Shown one piece after another: positions 49,622-62,564 of a DNA stretch of 64,000 nt (positions within the stretch are counted from its first letter, which is position 1; every line of letters begins with the position of its first letter). The notes beneath the pieces are model-generated. The model was not told the DNA's origin. It did not search any database and worked only from the letters and a program-made list of their open reading frames with translations. A program made the translations under genes and the position numbers. Source of the DNA: Lepidodermella squamata (Eukaryota; Animalia; Gastrotricha); assembly GCA_047495785.1 (NCBI GenBank), contig JBLDXI010000006.1:372001-436000 (forward strand), written 5' to 3'.

Positions 49622-50768
49622 TTAGTTAATATAAAATAAAAATGCTGAATTTCAATCGGAAATGAAATTTACAACCTTTGAAATTTTATTCATTTTCTAC
49701 CCGAATGCCCGAATTTTCTAGATATTTTTTTCAGTATAATAGAACCATCTGTCCTCAAGCTAGACAGGCGACAAAAGAGCCAAACGCGCCTAAGAGAGAC
49801 GTCTGTAAGATCCTGATTTTGACCCAGAAAAGTGTCCGTTCTACCCCCACAACTTTCACCACTCGAAAGACCATTTAGAATTAGTTTCTAATCAGAAATG
49901 TATGTTATTTCATGCAAATAAGCGAGATAAGGTCATGTTAACTTCACGTGCAATTTTTGGCGATTTTACGAATTTTACCTGATTTTTGGCGATTGAAAAC
50001 ATGTTGCATTAAAATGCGACAATTAGCGTCACAAAGCTTTCACTTGCTAAGCAGAAAGCTTCCTGCTATAGCTACTCAGCCCGAAATTACCCTGCATAGA
50101 CCTAAGGAAACATCTCAGCTTATGCGGTTTTTACCTTGCAGAGCTTTGAGGGATGACTTTTAAATCGGGGCGAAAATAGCTTGGCATATAAGTAGGAAGT
50201 ACCTGTAAGTGATTGTGCTCAACCCTTCCATGGCACATTTTCAATCGGGAAACTTTCATCGCACGTGTCAAAATTGATCAATATCGATAGCTAATGAAGC
50301 TGACGTAGTTTATAGCTAAGTATCGGCGAGCATGTAATGCTCGAGTGCATTTTCTGCGTAACTTCTCGCTTGGCAATCGCGGTCTGTTGACTCTATTGAA
50401 CAGAACATCAAATGATCAAATGATATATTACCATCAGGTCATTTATGATTTATAATCAACAGTGATAGAATGGCCTCGCCATGTAATTAGTTTTTATTAA
50501 ACGCTAAAACGAAAATTTGTGCAGCGAAAAAGTGCAATGACAAAAGACCAAATCATTTTTTATATGCGACGAATTTATTCATTTGCGCAAATAATTTTTT
50601 TTTATGAAATAAGCTGGAAAAAGTTGCGTTTCACATCAATTTTTTATTGTGATGCGCAATTATCAAGCCTAATTTTCGAACTCGGCCTTTTAAAACATGA
50701 AAATTTTTCTTTAAAACGCAATACTTTGAATGTTTATTCCATACTCTCAAGTTCGTTCGATTATTTTT

Positions 50769-53700
50769 TCAAGTAAATTTCGGAGTAAGAGGCGGCAGGC
50801 CGATGAAGCGGTACTGCTTCTCGCATTCGTCACCCTCGAGTCGGTGCAACTCGATGAACAGCCGATTCAGGTGCGTCAAATCGGGCCTTCGATAAGCCAG
50901 GCCTGTTATTACTTGCTCAGAGGTGCGTTCAAACCGCGGAATCAACTCCAAGAGCACCTTTTCGAAGCATAATCGGCGAAAAACTGCGTTCGGACAACTT
51001 GTCTGCCAGTACCATCCGATAATTTTCAGCATCTCGCTTTGAAGGCTTTGAATTAAAAGCGGCATCTTAAGTCGCGGACTCTCAGCTGAAAGCGCAAGAA
51101 AATGAAAAATAAATTTTCAAAATTAGAGCGAGACAATTTAAAAACAATCGTTTTTAAAAATTGAATTTTTCTGAAATTTTTGAATTACTTGAAAAAACGC
51201 GGCGGTTAAACAAAAACGGCAGAACGTCATAACAGCAAATGCCCCTAAACAGCAAGATTCATCTTTTACATATTAAGTTTTTGCTGTTTTGTCGCAAAAT
51301 AAAAAATTTGCTATTTAGCTATTTTTGCTGGTGGTGGTGGTGGTGGTGGTGGTGGTGGTGGTGGTGGTGGTGGTGGTGGTGGTGGTGGTGGATCACCGGT
51401 TCTACGACAACTGAGACCCGACAACTGAGAAAACGACAACTGAGACCGGACAACCGAGACCAAAATATAAATAAATAATTTTATTTTCGCTAACCGAGAC
51501 ACCGACAACCGAGACCAAATAATTCGAATTAATAATTAATTAAATCTTGGACAACCGAGACTCCGACAACCGAGACACCGACAACTGAGACCAAATAAAT
51601 AAAATAAATTTAATTTTTAATTAAAGCCCAAACTGGGTTGGGTGACAAATACGCCCCGACTAATCCGCCGGTTAACTTTGCGTCCCGACAAATACGTCCC
51701 ACGACAATACCGCTGGCGACATGAACGCTGGCGACCTTATAGCCATAATTTTAATAATTTAAAAAATATGAGCGTCAAAGTGTCAGCCCCAAAAATGGGC
51801 TGATATGACGCGTGAAAAAAATATTTTTCAATTAATTAATAGCGACATGATCGCTCGCGACTTGTACGCACGCGACGTTAACGCCCTTGACATATGCCAT
51901 GAACAGTGATGATCTAACACCGATATGGGTTTTGTTTTGAGATCAAGGCGAGAAACGGGGTCTCGCCAAATACAGTGGCGTATATGTCACTCCAAGCGGT
52001 CTCATCCGAGAAATGGCTGCGAGGAAAGGGCCGCATCCGGGCCTCTGTAAAAAATCATTCCAGTGGAGCGTGGAGCCACGTATCCCTAAGCAGGGTATTC
52101 GGTTTAAACTCAAACCAGTTCCTACCAGTTTACACCGGTGCCGGTATAAACCGGTTTTTTCAAGTTCAATAAAACCGCGGTTTTAAGTAAACAGACAAAT
52201 CCGACGGTTAGATAGTAAGACATCACCAGGAATGTGTCGTCCTAGCTGAAAGTGTTGGCGCAAAGATCAGCTACAAGATCAGGAGTTGCGTTGGTTATGA
52301 TAATCAGCTTTGATTCTATGCGTGAAGGATCATTTGCCAAGTAAGATTCGGCCAACTTCGAACAAAATCAATCATTCATTGTATAATCGATAATCGATAT
52401 TCGATAACCGATACTCCCAGTGAAAAAACAGATGCGCTCAGCGTGTTCAGCGCCTCAGATTACCCCTAGAACTCAAATATCTCCAAATAATTCGCAAAAC
52501 TAACGAAAATATCGGAAAATCAAAATTCACTTCCGGTTTTTTAATTGTTGAGCGGAACATTGTAAAAAAAATTTTTTTCAAAGGAATCGGCAAAACCGCG
52601 TCTTTTGATCGCAAAATCCCCCTTAGAAACCCCGAAGGGGTAAAGTTTGCACGGGGAACTCAATCCCGTTTTCAGAATTTTCATAGCTATCACAGATCTG
52701 GAGATAATTAGCTGTTTTTTTAATGTTTATTGCTTTATTGCATTTAATCGAATTTTTATGAAAATAGTCGAGTAACACATCAAACTATGCAGTTTTTTGC
52801 GTAGATTAACGTGGTGCACTCGAAAAATCAATAGAAGCTAAGGCATTTGAGTTGTTCGACTCTTCTTTTGGTCAGATCCTTTGATTATTGAAATTCATTA
52901 AAAACCGGTGTTTATTACCGGTATAAATCGGTTTAAACTGGTGGGCGGTTTTTTTTGAATAAAAACCGGTCGGTATAATACCCTGTCCCTAAGGGACCTG
53001 CTGATGAGCAGATCACAGCACTGGTGGCAACTGAATAGTGCTTGGCCTCATACGGGGTCCAATGGATAGCTATACGTCCAGCGGGCCCGCCACGTCAAGG
53101 TTCCAGTGCACCAGGCCCGGTCTTACCAAGAAAATCTAAGTCTTGTCATGAGTCAAGTTTGGTTGCTAAAAATCTACCTGTTTCCACCTCTGGTTAGAAT
53201 TCGGTATCTATTTGCTGTTATGTCGCCAGCGATAAAGTCGCTAGCTATAATGTCGTAAACAAATATAGTTCATAATTTATACAAAGCGCTTCTGTCGCCG
53301 TCGGAAGCGTCGCTAGCTAGCTTTTCGCCTGAAATAACCAAATTTGGACTAATTTGTCGTGGGCGGATAAGTCGCCCACATTTTTGGGCTATAATGTCTT
53401 GGGACGTAATTGTCGGGGCGCAAAGTATACGGACGCAAAAGTCGCGCACGGATTTGTCGCCACACCCCAAACTGAAGCCGAATATTAAGCATAGTGAGAC
53501 CTTAACCCTAACCCTATAACCCTAAACCTAACCCTAACCCTAACCCTAACCCTAACCCTTAAAAGTAAGAGCGTTTTTGTAAATTAAATTAATTTTAATT
53601 ATTTGGTCTCAGTTGTCGGTGTCTCGGTTGTCGGAGTCTCGGTTGTCCAAGATTTAATTAATTATTAATTCGAATTATTTGGTCTCGGTTGTCGGTGTCT

Positions 53701-54923
53701 CGGTTAGCGAAAATAAAATTATTTATTTATATTTTGGTCTCGGTTGTCCGGTCTCAGTTGTCGGATCTGAGTTGTCGTGGTCTCAGTTGTCGGAGTACGC
53801 ACAAAAGCTCAAAAATCAAAATGTTAAATTTCAAATTTTTTTAATTTAAATATGTTGAAAATGTGAAAAAACGATAATTAAAATTAATTTTTTATTTTTA
53901 CCTCTGAAAAACGCGATAACTTGGAGAAGGCTGATTTCGACGAAGGACGGCTGCCAAGCTTCCATAACGGCGGAAATTTTCGCAATGTGTTCGATTTGAT
54001 TCTTATGAATCGGGAAGGCCTTCAGGAAAATGCGAACCGCTTCGGGCGGCAGGGCGTAGAAGTGATTCAGGCAGGAAGGAAGGGACACTTGAAGGATGAC
54101 GATGGTGACCAACGATCGTGAGAATAAATGGCACCAGTCGCTCGTCGGCAGTTGAGGAGCGATGGGTCTTAGAGCTCGAGTGAATTCAACGCCAGCTAGC
54201 AGCATTTGTCCAAAGCCGGCCATTATCGCTATCCACAACGTCGTATCACTTCAAAAATTATCTCAAAAAATGAGCAAAGGTGAGCAAGGTCATTCCCTAT
54301 TTTCTAGTAATTTTTCTATTTTTCTATTTTTACCTGATTTATTTGCCCAGCTTTAAATAATTAGTGGGTAATTTTACACACTCATTACACACTCGCCCTT
54401 GAAATTCAGGTGAATTCTTACATTTAGAATTTTTTTTATGAATTTTCGAATTTTTTAAAAAATTTGGAAAAATCTTAAAATAATCAAACAAAAATTGTAA
54501 AATTAAAAAAATTAACTCCTGAAATGGCTTGCAGTTCCATTCGATCGATTCGATAACGGATAATTCGCTTGTAGCTCGCAGCAGTACGACCAGCTGTTGC
54601 TCGGTCATGATCGAACCATTGAAGGGAATTTCTTTAAAAATTGAGCTCGCTTTTCTCTCGTTTTTCGCCGTGACAATAGCGCATTTGGCACACGGGCAAG
54701 GTCGAACCAGCTCGTTGCCGTTATCGATGAAATTCGGTCTCTGGCCGGTAGGCGAGCGTTGATTGAAGTCGTTTATGCACTGCAAGTTGCGCGCCGTGTT
54801 CTTATTATTGTAACGGTCGAAAAATTGGCTACATAACTTGCACAGGCCGCTCGACTCAGCCTTTGATTGGGCACAAGCTTCACACAGCAAAACAGCAGGA
54901 TTCGCCACGCAAAACTCTCTCAT
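50769..54923 (-). CDS. Divergent nuclear receptor-like protein 3 (last intron expanded by nested transposons)
   Basis: Exons at ~54517-54923 (CEAC..CKLCSQFFDR), ~53901-54248 (VEFTRALRPIAPQLPTSDWCHLFSRS) and 50769-~51084. Confidence 0.75.
51329..51391. repeat. (TGG)21 microsatellite
   Basis: Perfect 63-nt trinucleotide tract. Confidence 0.97.
51636..53466. mobile_element. Nested TIR element with 8-bp TSD CCAAACTG
   Basis: Termini ggttgggtgacaaa / tttgtcgccacacc, with the TSD at 51628-51635 and 53467-53474. Confidence 0.7.
52091..52985. mobile_element. hAT-like MITE
   Basis: Termini cagggtatt / aataccctg, 8-bp TSD TCCCTAAG (52083-52090 and 52986-52993), subterminal accggt repeats. Confidence 0.85.
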
Positions 54924-55639
54924 TCTTAACAAATGTAATTTCTAAAAATATTAAAAAAAATTTTAATTGAGAAAATGTAAACGTTCGAGCTATAGGAGGA
55001 ATTACAGGCAATATATTGTTCTTTGGTGATAATTTTAGATTTTGGTTGTCATAATTAAACAATGGCCATTGTCGTTAATTCGTCCTATGAGGCTTGCGAC
55101 AGTCTTGGTGAGGCTTGGGTGAGTGTCTAAAATCAGGCTCAACGACACAGAACATTTAAAACAAAATTGAAATTACCTATAGCCTGGGTATTTTCCATCG
55201 AATGAGATCTTCCCAACTCGTGCTCAGTACAATAAGCTAAATAACGAGAAATGCATTCGTCCGTGCTATTTGTCGCTATTCAAATTTCTGTCAGCCGCTG
55301 ACCTAATAATGTGCGAATTTTTGATGGCTAGATCTAGGTAAATTGATCAAAAACATCGCTAATTATCGTGATGGAAGCATATTTCATCATTCATCCAGGG
55401 GTTAACGAGAGGAGAACTTAGTCTTCACTTTGGTTTCAATGCGCACTCATGCGTGACGGATTGGTATGCAAATATATTGAATCGTTATCGGCTTGTGCCC
55501 AATCAAAATTGCGCCATTCAATCACGTGCGAGCACTTCTCATATTCCCGATCCTCTTCTGATATCGGAAAAATCACTGATTTGTAGAATCGATATTGAAA
55601 TCGATAGAGAAATGCTAGGCTCAAACTTGAGTGCTATCA

Positions 55640-55835
55640 AATGTCAAAAGAGAAAGAAAATAAAATTAATATTTATTCCGTCTCGAAAAAATTGTCAAAA
55701 ATACATATATCGAGCTGCTGCTTTTCAATTATTTGTTCGATTTTTCACGAAAATTTCGGCTCAAGAGGCGGCAGGCCGATGAAGCGGTACTGCTTCTCGC
55801 ATTGGTCGCCCTCGAGTCGGTGCAGCTCGATGAAT
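55640..55835 (-). pseudogene. Orphan 3' end of a deleted nuclear-receptor-like paralog
   Basis: Encodes FIELHRLEGDQCEKQYRFIGLPPLEPKFS plus 3' flank nearly identical to ~58565-58770, and breaks off at 55835. Confidence 0.8.
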
Positions 55836-55947
55836 GTATTTAAAAAACTTCACCTTCGAATTTTTAAAACTTGATTTTTTATTTTTTCTTCTCCAAAGCG
55901 AAATAATAATGTAAATGTTTACACCACTCGAGTTATTTTGATTTTTT

Positions 55948-57621
55948 TCAAGTAAACTTCGGAGTAAGAGGCGGCAGGCCAATGAAGCGGTACTGCTTCT
56001 CGCACTCGTCGCCTTCAAGTCGGTACAGGTCGATGAAGAGCCGATTCAGGTGCATCAGATCGGGCCTTCGATAAGCCAGGCCGGTTATGACTTGCTCAGA
56101 CGTACTTTCGAATCGCGGAATCAACTCGTAGAGAACTTTTTCGAAGCATAACTGGTGAAAAACTGGGTTCAAGCAGCTTTTCTGCCAATACCAAACGAGA
56201 ATTTTCAGCATTTCGCTTTGAAGGCTTTGAATTAAAAGCGGCATCTTAAGTCGCGGACTCTTAGCTGAAGGCAAAAGAAAATGAAAAATAAATTTTCAAA
56301 ATTTGAGAAAGACAATTTGAAAAGAATCATTTTTTAAAAAATTGAAATTTTATTGAAATTTTTAAATAATTTAAAATATAACGTGGAGGTTGAAAAAAAA
56401 CGGCAGACTGTCATAACAGCAAATACCCAAAACAGCAAACGCGACAAAACAGCAACTTGCGACAACAGCAGAAAAATGATGCAGCTTTGACATAGTAAGT
56501 TTTTGCTGTTTTGTCGCAAAATAAAAGATTTGCTATTATGTCACAATCGCTCTTCTGCGAAGTTGCTGTTTTGTCGCCGTACCACAAAAACTCAAATCTT
56601 TTTAATTTAAATATGTTGAAAATTTGAAAAAAACGATAATTAAAATGGATTTTTTTTATTTTTACCACTGAAAAACGCGATAACTTGGAGAAGGCTGATT
56701 TCGACGAAGGACGGCTGCCAAGCTTCCAAAACGGCGGAAATTTTCGCAATGTGTTCGATTTGATTTTTATGAATTGGGAAAGCTTTCAGGAAAATGCGAA
56801 CCGCTTCCGGCGGCAGTGCATAGAAGTGATTCAGGCAGGAAGGAAGCGACACTTGAAGGATGACGATGGTGACCAACGACCATGAGAATAAATGGCACCA
56901 GTCGCTGGTCGGCAGTTGAGGAGCGATGGGTCTTAGGGCTCTTGTAAATTCAACGCCAGCGAGCAGCATTTGACCAAAGCCGGCCATTATCGCTATCCAT
57001 AACGTCGTATCGCTTCACAAATTATAAATTATCGCAAAAAATTAGTTAAAATTATTAGGAAGGGTCAAGTCATTCCTGATTTTCCCATTAATTTCGAAAT
57101 TTTTCCCAATTATTTCCCAATTTACCTGGCTTTACCTGGCTTCGAAAATTTGGAAAAATCTTAAAATAATCAAACAAAAATTGTAAAATTAACAAAATTC
57201 ACTCTTGAAATGGCTTGCAGTTCCATTCGATCGATTCGACGACAGATAATTCGCTAGTAGCTCGCAGCAGAACTATCAGCTTTTGCTCGGTCATAATCGA
57301 GTGATTCGAAGGGATGCCTTCAAAAAGCAAGCTAGTTTTCCGCTCGTTTTTCGCCGTGACAAAATCGCATTCCCAAAAAAAGCAATTGGCGCACAGACAG
57401 GGTCGAACCAGGTCGTTGCCGTTATCGATGAAATTATCGGGTTTGCGATCGACAGGTGATGAGCATTCATTAAAGCTGGTTTTGCGATTTTGCAAGTTGT
57501 GCGCGTTGTATCGGTCGAAACTTGTATTACATAACTTGCATAGGCCGCTCGACTCAGCCATTGAATGGGCGCAAACCTCACAAAGCAAAACTGGAGGATC
57601 CCTCATGCATAACACTCTCAT
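55948..57621 (-). CDS. Divergent nuclear receptor-like protein 4
   Basis: Exons at ~57203-57621, ~56666-57012 and 55948-~56263. Recent paralog of protein 3. Confidence 0.77.
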
Positions 57622-58678
57622 TTCTTGCTAAATATAATTTCTAAAAAAATTAAAAAAATTATAATAAAAAAATTAAAGAAATTACCAATCTTACCAAAAG
57701 AAATTGAATTAAAAATTGAGAACATTAAATTCACGCTTTAGATGAAATTTAGATGAAAGCACGACAGTTTAGGCCAATCATTGTTTCACTGCACTTTCAA
57801 TGCACTTTGGCTGCAATAAGAGATTCATAAGTGTTCTTTTTAGATTTTGATTGTCATAATTGAACAATGGCCGCATTGTCCTATGAGGCATGCGACAGTT
57901 CTAAATCGCCGCATGGTGGGTGTCTAAAATCAGGCTTGTCGTAAAAAACTTTGAAATTACCTAAGCCTGGGGAATAAGTTTTTTTTCATCAAATGAGTTT
58001 TCCAACTTTCGGTCAAAAATAAGCATACTAACGAGAAATTCATTCATCCGTACTATTCCGTGTCGCTATTCAAATTTCTGTCAACCGATAACGATGATGA
58101 CATGAATAAGTTGATCGAAAGCATATAGCGATAATTATCGCAAGGGAAGCATCTTCATATTTCATCATTCATCCAGTTGCTAACCGCAATGCAAGGTTAT
58201 AGTCATCATTTTTATGCACTTGGGTTAACTATCTCGCAGGTACAATATTATTATGCTACATTTTGGCTCCATAAATAAGTTTTTCGCATTTTTCAGCATT
58301 TCTTTTCTCGATTCGACTGGTATCATCGGAAATTTGTAAAATCGATACTTGGAATCGATTCGGCTCCGCAGGTTTAGTATAACTCGTAAAATACGACTAA
58401 TTATGAGCTTTTTTTTAGGAAAAAAACTAGCGAAAGGAATGACCTTGATCAAGCAAAAATTCTGTCGGGTTACGCGCGAACTTATTATAAAGATTTTATA
58501 AAATAATCTATTTGTAGGCTCAAACTTGCGAGAGATTCTCCCCATGGCTCTAAAAAGGGCTGTCAAATGTCAGAAAAAAACAAAAGAAAGAAAAAACGAA
58601 ACATTTATTCAGTCTATTTAAACATTTGTCAAAAATACATATATCGAGCTGCTGCTTTTCAATTATTTGTTCGATTTT

Positions 58679-60865
58679 TCACGAAAATTTCGGCTCAAGA
58701 GGCGGCAGGCCGATGAAGCGGTACTGTTTCTCGCATTCGTCGCCCTCAAGTCGGTGCAGCTCGATGAACAGCCGATTCAGGTGCGTCAGATCGGGCCTGT
58801 AATTCGCAAGGGCGGTTACGCCTGCCTCAACTGCGCGTTCGAACCGCGGTATCAATTCGTTGAGCACCTTATCGAAGCATAACCGGCGAAATACTGTGTT
58901 TGAGCAACTTTTCTGCCAATACCAGTCGAGAATTTTGAATATCTCGCTTTGAAGGCTGTGAATTACATGTCTCATCTTGAGTCTAGGATTCTCCGCTGAA
59001 ATATAGGAATTTTTGAAAATATTAGAAAAATTTAAATTTCTGAAAATTTAAATTGAAAAATTTCAATTTCATTGAATTTTCGCAAAAAAATAAAATAAAA
59101 AAGTTTAATTTTCAATTGTTTACCTCTGAAGAACGCGATAACTTGGAGAAGGCTGATTTCGACGAATGACGGCTGCCAAGCTTCCATAACATCAGCAATT
59201 TGCGAAATGTGATCGACTTGATTTTTGTAAACCGGGAAGGTTTCGAGAAACATTTGGCGACACTCAGTATGCATGCCGTAGTAGTGGTTTGAACACGCCG
59301 GCAGTGATAGCTGCAGGATGGCTATGGAGACTAAGGACCGTGAGAATAAATGGCACCAGTCGCTGGTCGGCAGTTGAGGAGCGATGGGTCTTAGCGCTTT
59401 TGTGAATTCAACGCCGGCGAGTAGCATTTGACCGAAGCCGGCCATGATAAAATTCCACAGGGAAGCATCGCTATAGTAAAAAAACAACATCAATTTTAGT
59501 AAATTTGGGTATAATTCAGCATTCGAAGTAGGATCCTAAAACCTTTTGGCTATTTTGGATTTTTTCGATTTTTTTTTCGTTGACGTCCTTGGTGTGCTCT
59601 TTTTGCACAAATTATGAATCATCGCCATGCAAAAAAGCAGCGATGATTCATAATTATTAGCTGTTGTTCGCACTAAGTCTCGAGCGGGAGGGAACGGTAC
59701 AGTGTACATCGCACACTGGCCTAATTATTTGCACCAACAAAATTCAAAATTAGGGTTCCAGCACTAAATTTAGGCACTTAATTTTTCGGATTTTTGCCAT
59801 TTCGAATTTGTTTTAATAATAATGATTTCACCCTGAACTTTTAATAATTTATTCGGATTTTTTTTGAAATATTGATGAATTTTTGCTTGGCGCGCCAAAA
59901 ATTAGGGTTCCAGTTCTCCAGCCCCTGGAAATTATGATTTTTAGAGTTTCACGCCTTCACTAGAATCTCAATTTTTTGCTATCATGCCTAACCGATAGAA
60001 CTCTATATTACGCGTATTTTGCGCTATGAGCAATCATTTTAAGAGTTTTACTTCAGTCTGCAGAGCCGATATCGATTCCAAGTATCGATTTCACAAATCA
60101 GTGATTTTTCCGATATGACATGGCTTGGAACCCCGCGTCGATAATTTTTCTACTTTGCTTAGGGCACCATGTCGCAAAAATAAAAAATCCCTTGTTCAGG
60201 GAGGGCATCAGTATCAATCAATAAAGGGGAAAAGCCGAATTCACAAAAAATCGGAAAATTGTAGTGCCGGAACTCTTAATTTGAAGGCCGGAACCTCATA
60301 TTTAGTGGTGCAAATATTATTAATAAAAATCTTACATAATATAATACAAGTAATTTTTGCGTTCAACAAATATAAAAAAATCCGATTCGATTTTGTATAA
60401 AAGCTCAAGCGTGAACTGAATTAATTGTTAAATAGGTAAACAAAAATAAATAAAAAAAAATTACTTATGAAATGTTTCCAAGTCCCATTTGATCGATTCG
60501 ATGACTGATAGCTCACTGGTTGCTCGAAGTAGAACTATCAGCTTTTGCTCAGTCATGGCGCCATCTTCAATCGGAGAATTCGGCAACGACGATGACGAAC
60601 CGAAATTCCTCTCATTTCTCGCCATGACAAAAGCGCACTTGTCAAATATGCACTTGGCACACGGCTGAGGCCGAACTGCTACCATTTCGTTGCCGTTGAC
60701 GACCAAATTCGGCCTCTGGTCGGTCGGGCATTGATGGCAGCCGGTTAGGCACACCAAGTATCGAGAATCAGCCTTGACACAGTGGAAAAGTTGGTTGCAC
60801 AACTCGCATAAGCCGATCGAACTAGCCGTTGAAACGCTACAAACTTCGCATGGATTACAATTCAT
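58679..60865 (-). CDS. Divergent nuclear receptor-like protein 5
   Basis: CEVC..CELC..C-x6-C..RPQPCAKCIFDKC, with LBD-like exons at ~59123-59470 and 58679-~58995. Confidence 0.77.
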
Positions 60866-62564
60866 ATCGCACGAAATAGGTATCTAAAATTATGTAAAAA
60901 ATCTAGACGAAAGTAATAACTGAACATGTTTGTTTGTTGAAATTATGAGTGGTCAATTTTCCCACGTATTAAATAATTAAGAAAAAGCGGGGTAATAAAT
61001 AATGAAACACCCAGCAGCTCGAAACTGATCTAATTCGATCTGGACAATTTTCGACACTCTGTGGACACCCTGTTTTGTGTTACGCAATATTGACAAGCTG
61101 GCGGACATTTTTTTTTAAACATAGAAGTGTCCCGCTGCCAAACTCTTTAGCCGCTTTAAATCGAGAAGTGGGTTAATTTGACTATCTTTAAATTAGCCCT
61201 AATTATAATCCTTAAGACACCACTTCTGCCCTGTTGCATCATCGCCTAAAACAGGCAGGGTCGGAAAAATTAGAGAAACTACACGGGAAAAGGTTCAGAA
61301 ATTTTAAAATGAGAGGCGAAGTCATAACTCATGGCCAGAAAAATTAAACAAAAATGCAGAATTTCATGTGAATGGTAATGAATTATAAATGAAATTTAAT
61401 AAAAATCCGGAGAGATTAGGCCCATTACCGAGAATTACCGAACAGGTAAACATCGGGTTTTCCCGGGTTTTATTCGGCAAATTTGTGGATAAAGAATGGG
61501 TTCAATTTCAAATATCGGTTCAATTTTCTAAAAAAAAATTGCGCCACTGATGGCACACGCTGTATAGAGTAATTCCTTATTGCACAATCGTGGAAAATTG
61601 ACAATCGAGGAGCATTTTAATTACTAATTTTTGACAACGTACAATTCCTCGTGTTATATAGCGGTTTAAACATACGGCGAACGATTTTGTCCCAGTTCGA
61701 CGCCAGGTTATAGGAATATTTAGGAGAGAAATAACGGAAAAAGCAGGACAAAGTCCCTATTTCGGTTGTACTAAAATCATGTCGCGAAAAATTTACGCTG
61801 GTCTTCAAATGGTCGCCACTATTCTCGCGTTATCAATCATGTTTCAAGAGCAGCGAATAATGTATCGAATTATACTCACTTGATAGGTGTATATATAAAT
61901 GTTGGCGCATGACCTAGAAAAAGCTGAGGTCGCGTCAACACGCATGATTTAAATTGACTTATTTTGCACGGGTTGTAACGGGTATTCGATGTTTTTATTT
62001 CGATGAACATATTCTCAGCTTGTCAATGTTTAGTAGCCGGTATTGTGTTTTTCATTTGGCAGCGCCCTCGAAAATTGGTCAAAAGTGAGACTTGGGCAAA
62101 TGTAACAAAAATGTTGGTCAAGTGGCTATTTCCGAATAACCGGACAGTTTTAGTACCTAATTAAAATTCAAAGAATTGTCATTCCATAGAATATAAGGAT
62201 CTTGCGCGAAATAATTAGTTGCGCGCATATTAAGTGTGCGCGAAATGTCGCGAGCACTAATTTTATTGGGTACGCGTACAACAACTTTTTCCCATCAATA
62301 TTTTCGCGCATCGACCTTATACTCAATCGATAGAGAATTTCCTAAATTTTTATTTGACATAAAAACCGCCAGATTATTCGAAAGTAGCTATTTGACATCA
62401 GTCCAAAATGTCCCGAAAAATTAGGAAACCAAAAACTCAATAATTGCTTTCAATAATTGTCGTAACATTTTACTTGATAATTTAACAAAATTAGCGAAAA
62501 TTTTACATCATTTCATACAATTTTTTGGTATCCATATAGATATCAAATTATTATAATTTGTATT

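Larger units (their letters stand above)
51398..53799. mobile_element. Foldback-type element with internally repetitive ~225-bp TIRs and a TTAGGG-like tract
   Basis: cgacaac(t/c)gagac repeats at 51400-51620 are mirrored at 53580-53799, with (ccctaa)n at 53500-53558. Confidence 0.75.

Noticed and set aside
51239-51508. Poly-Trp and poly-Pro ORFs
   Set aside because: They are translations of the intronic (TGG)21 microsatellite.
53500-53558. TTAGGG-type repeats as a telomere or fusion site (also ~41482-41505)
   Set aside because: The tracts are short, degenerate and internal to a foldback element or intron.
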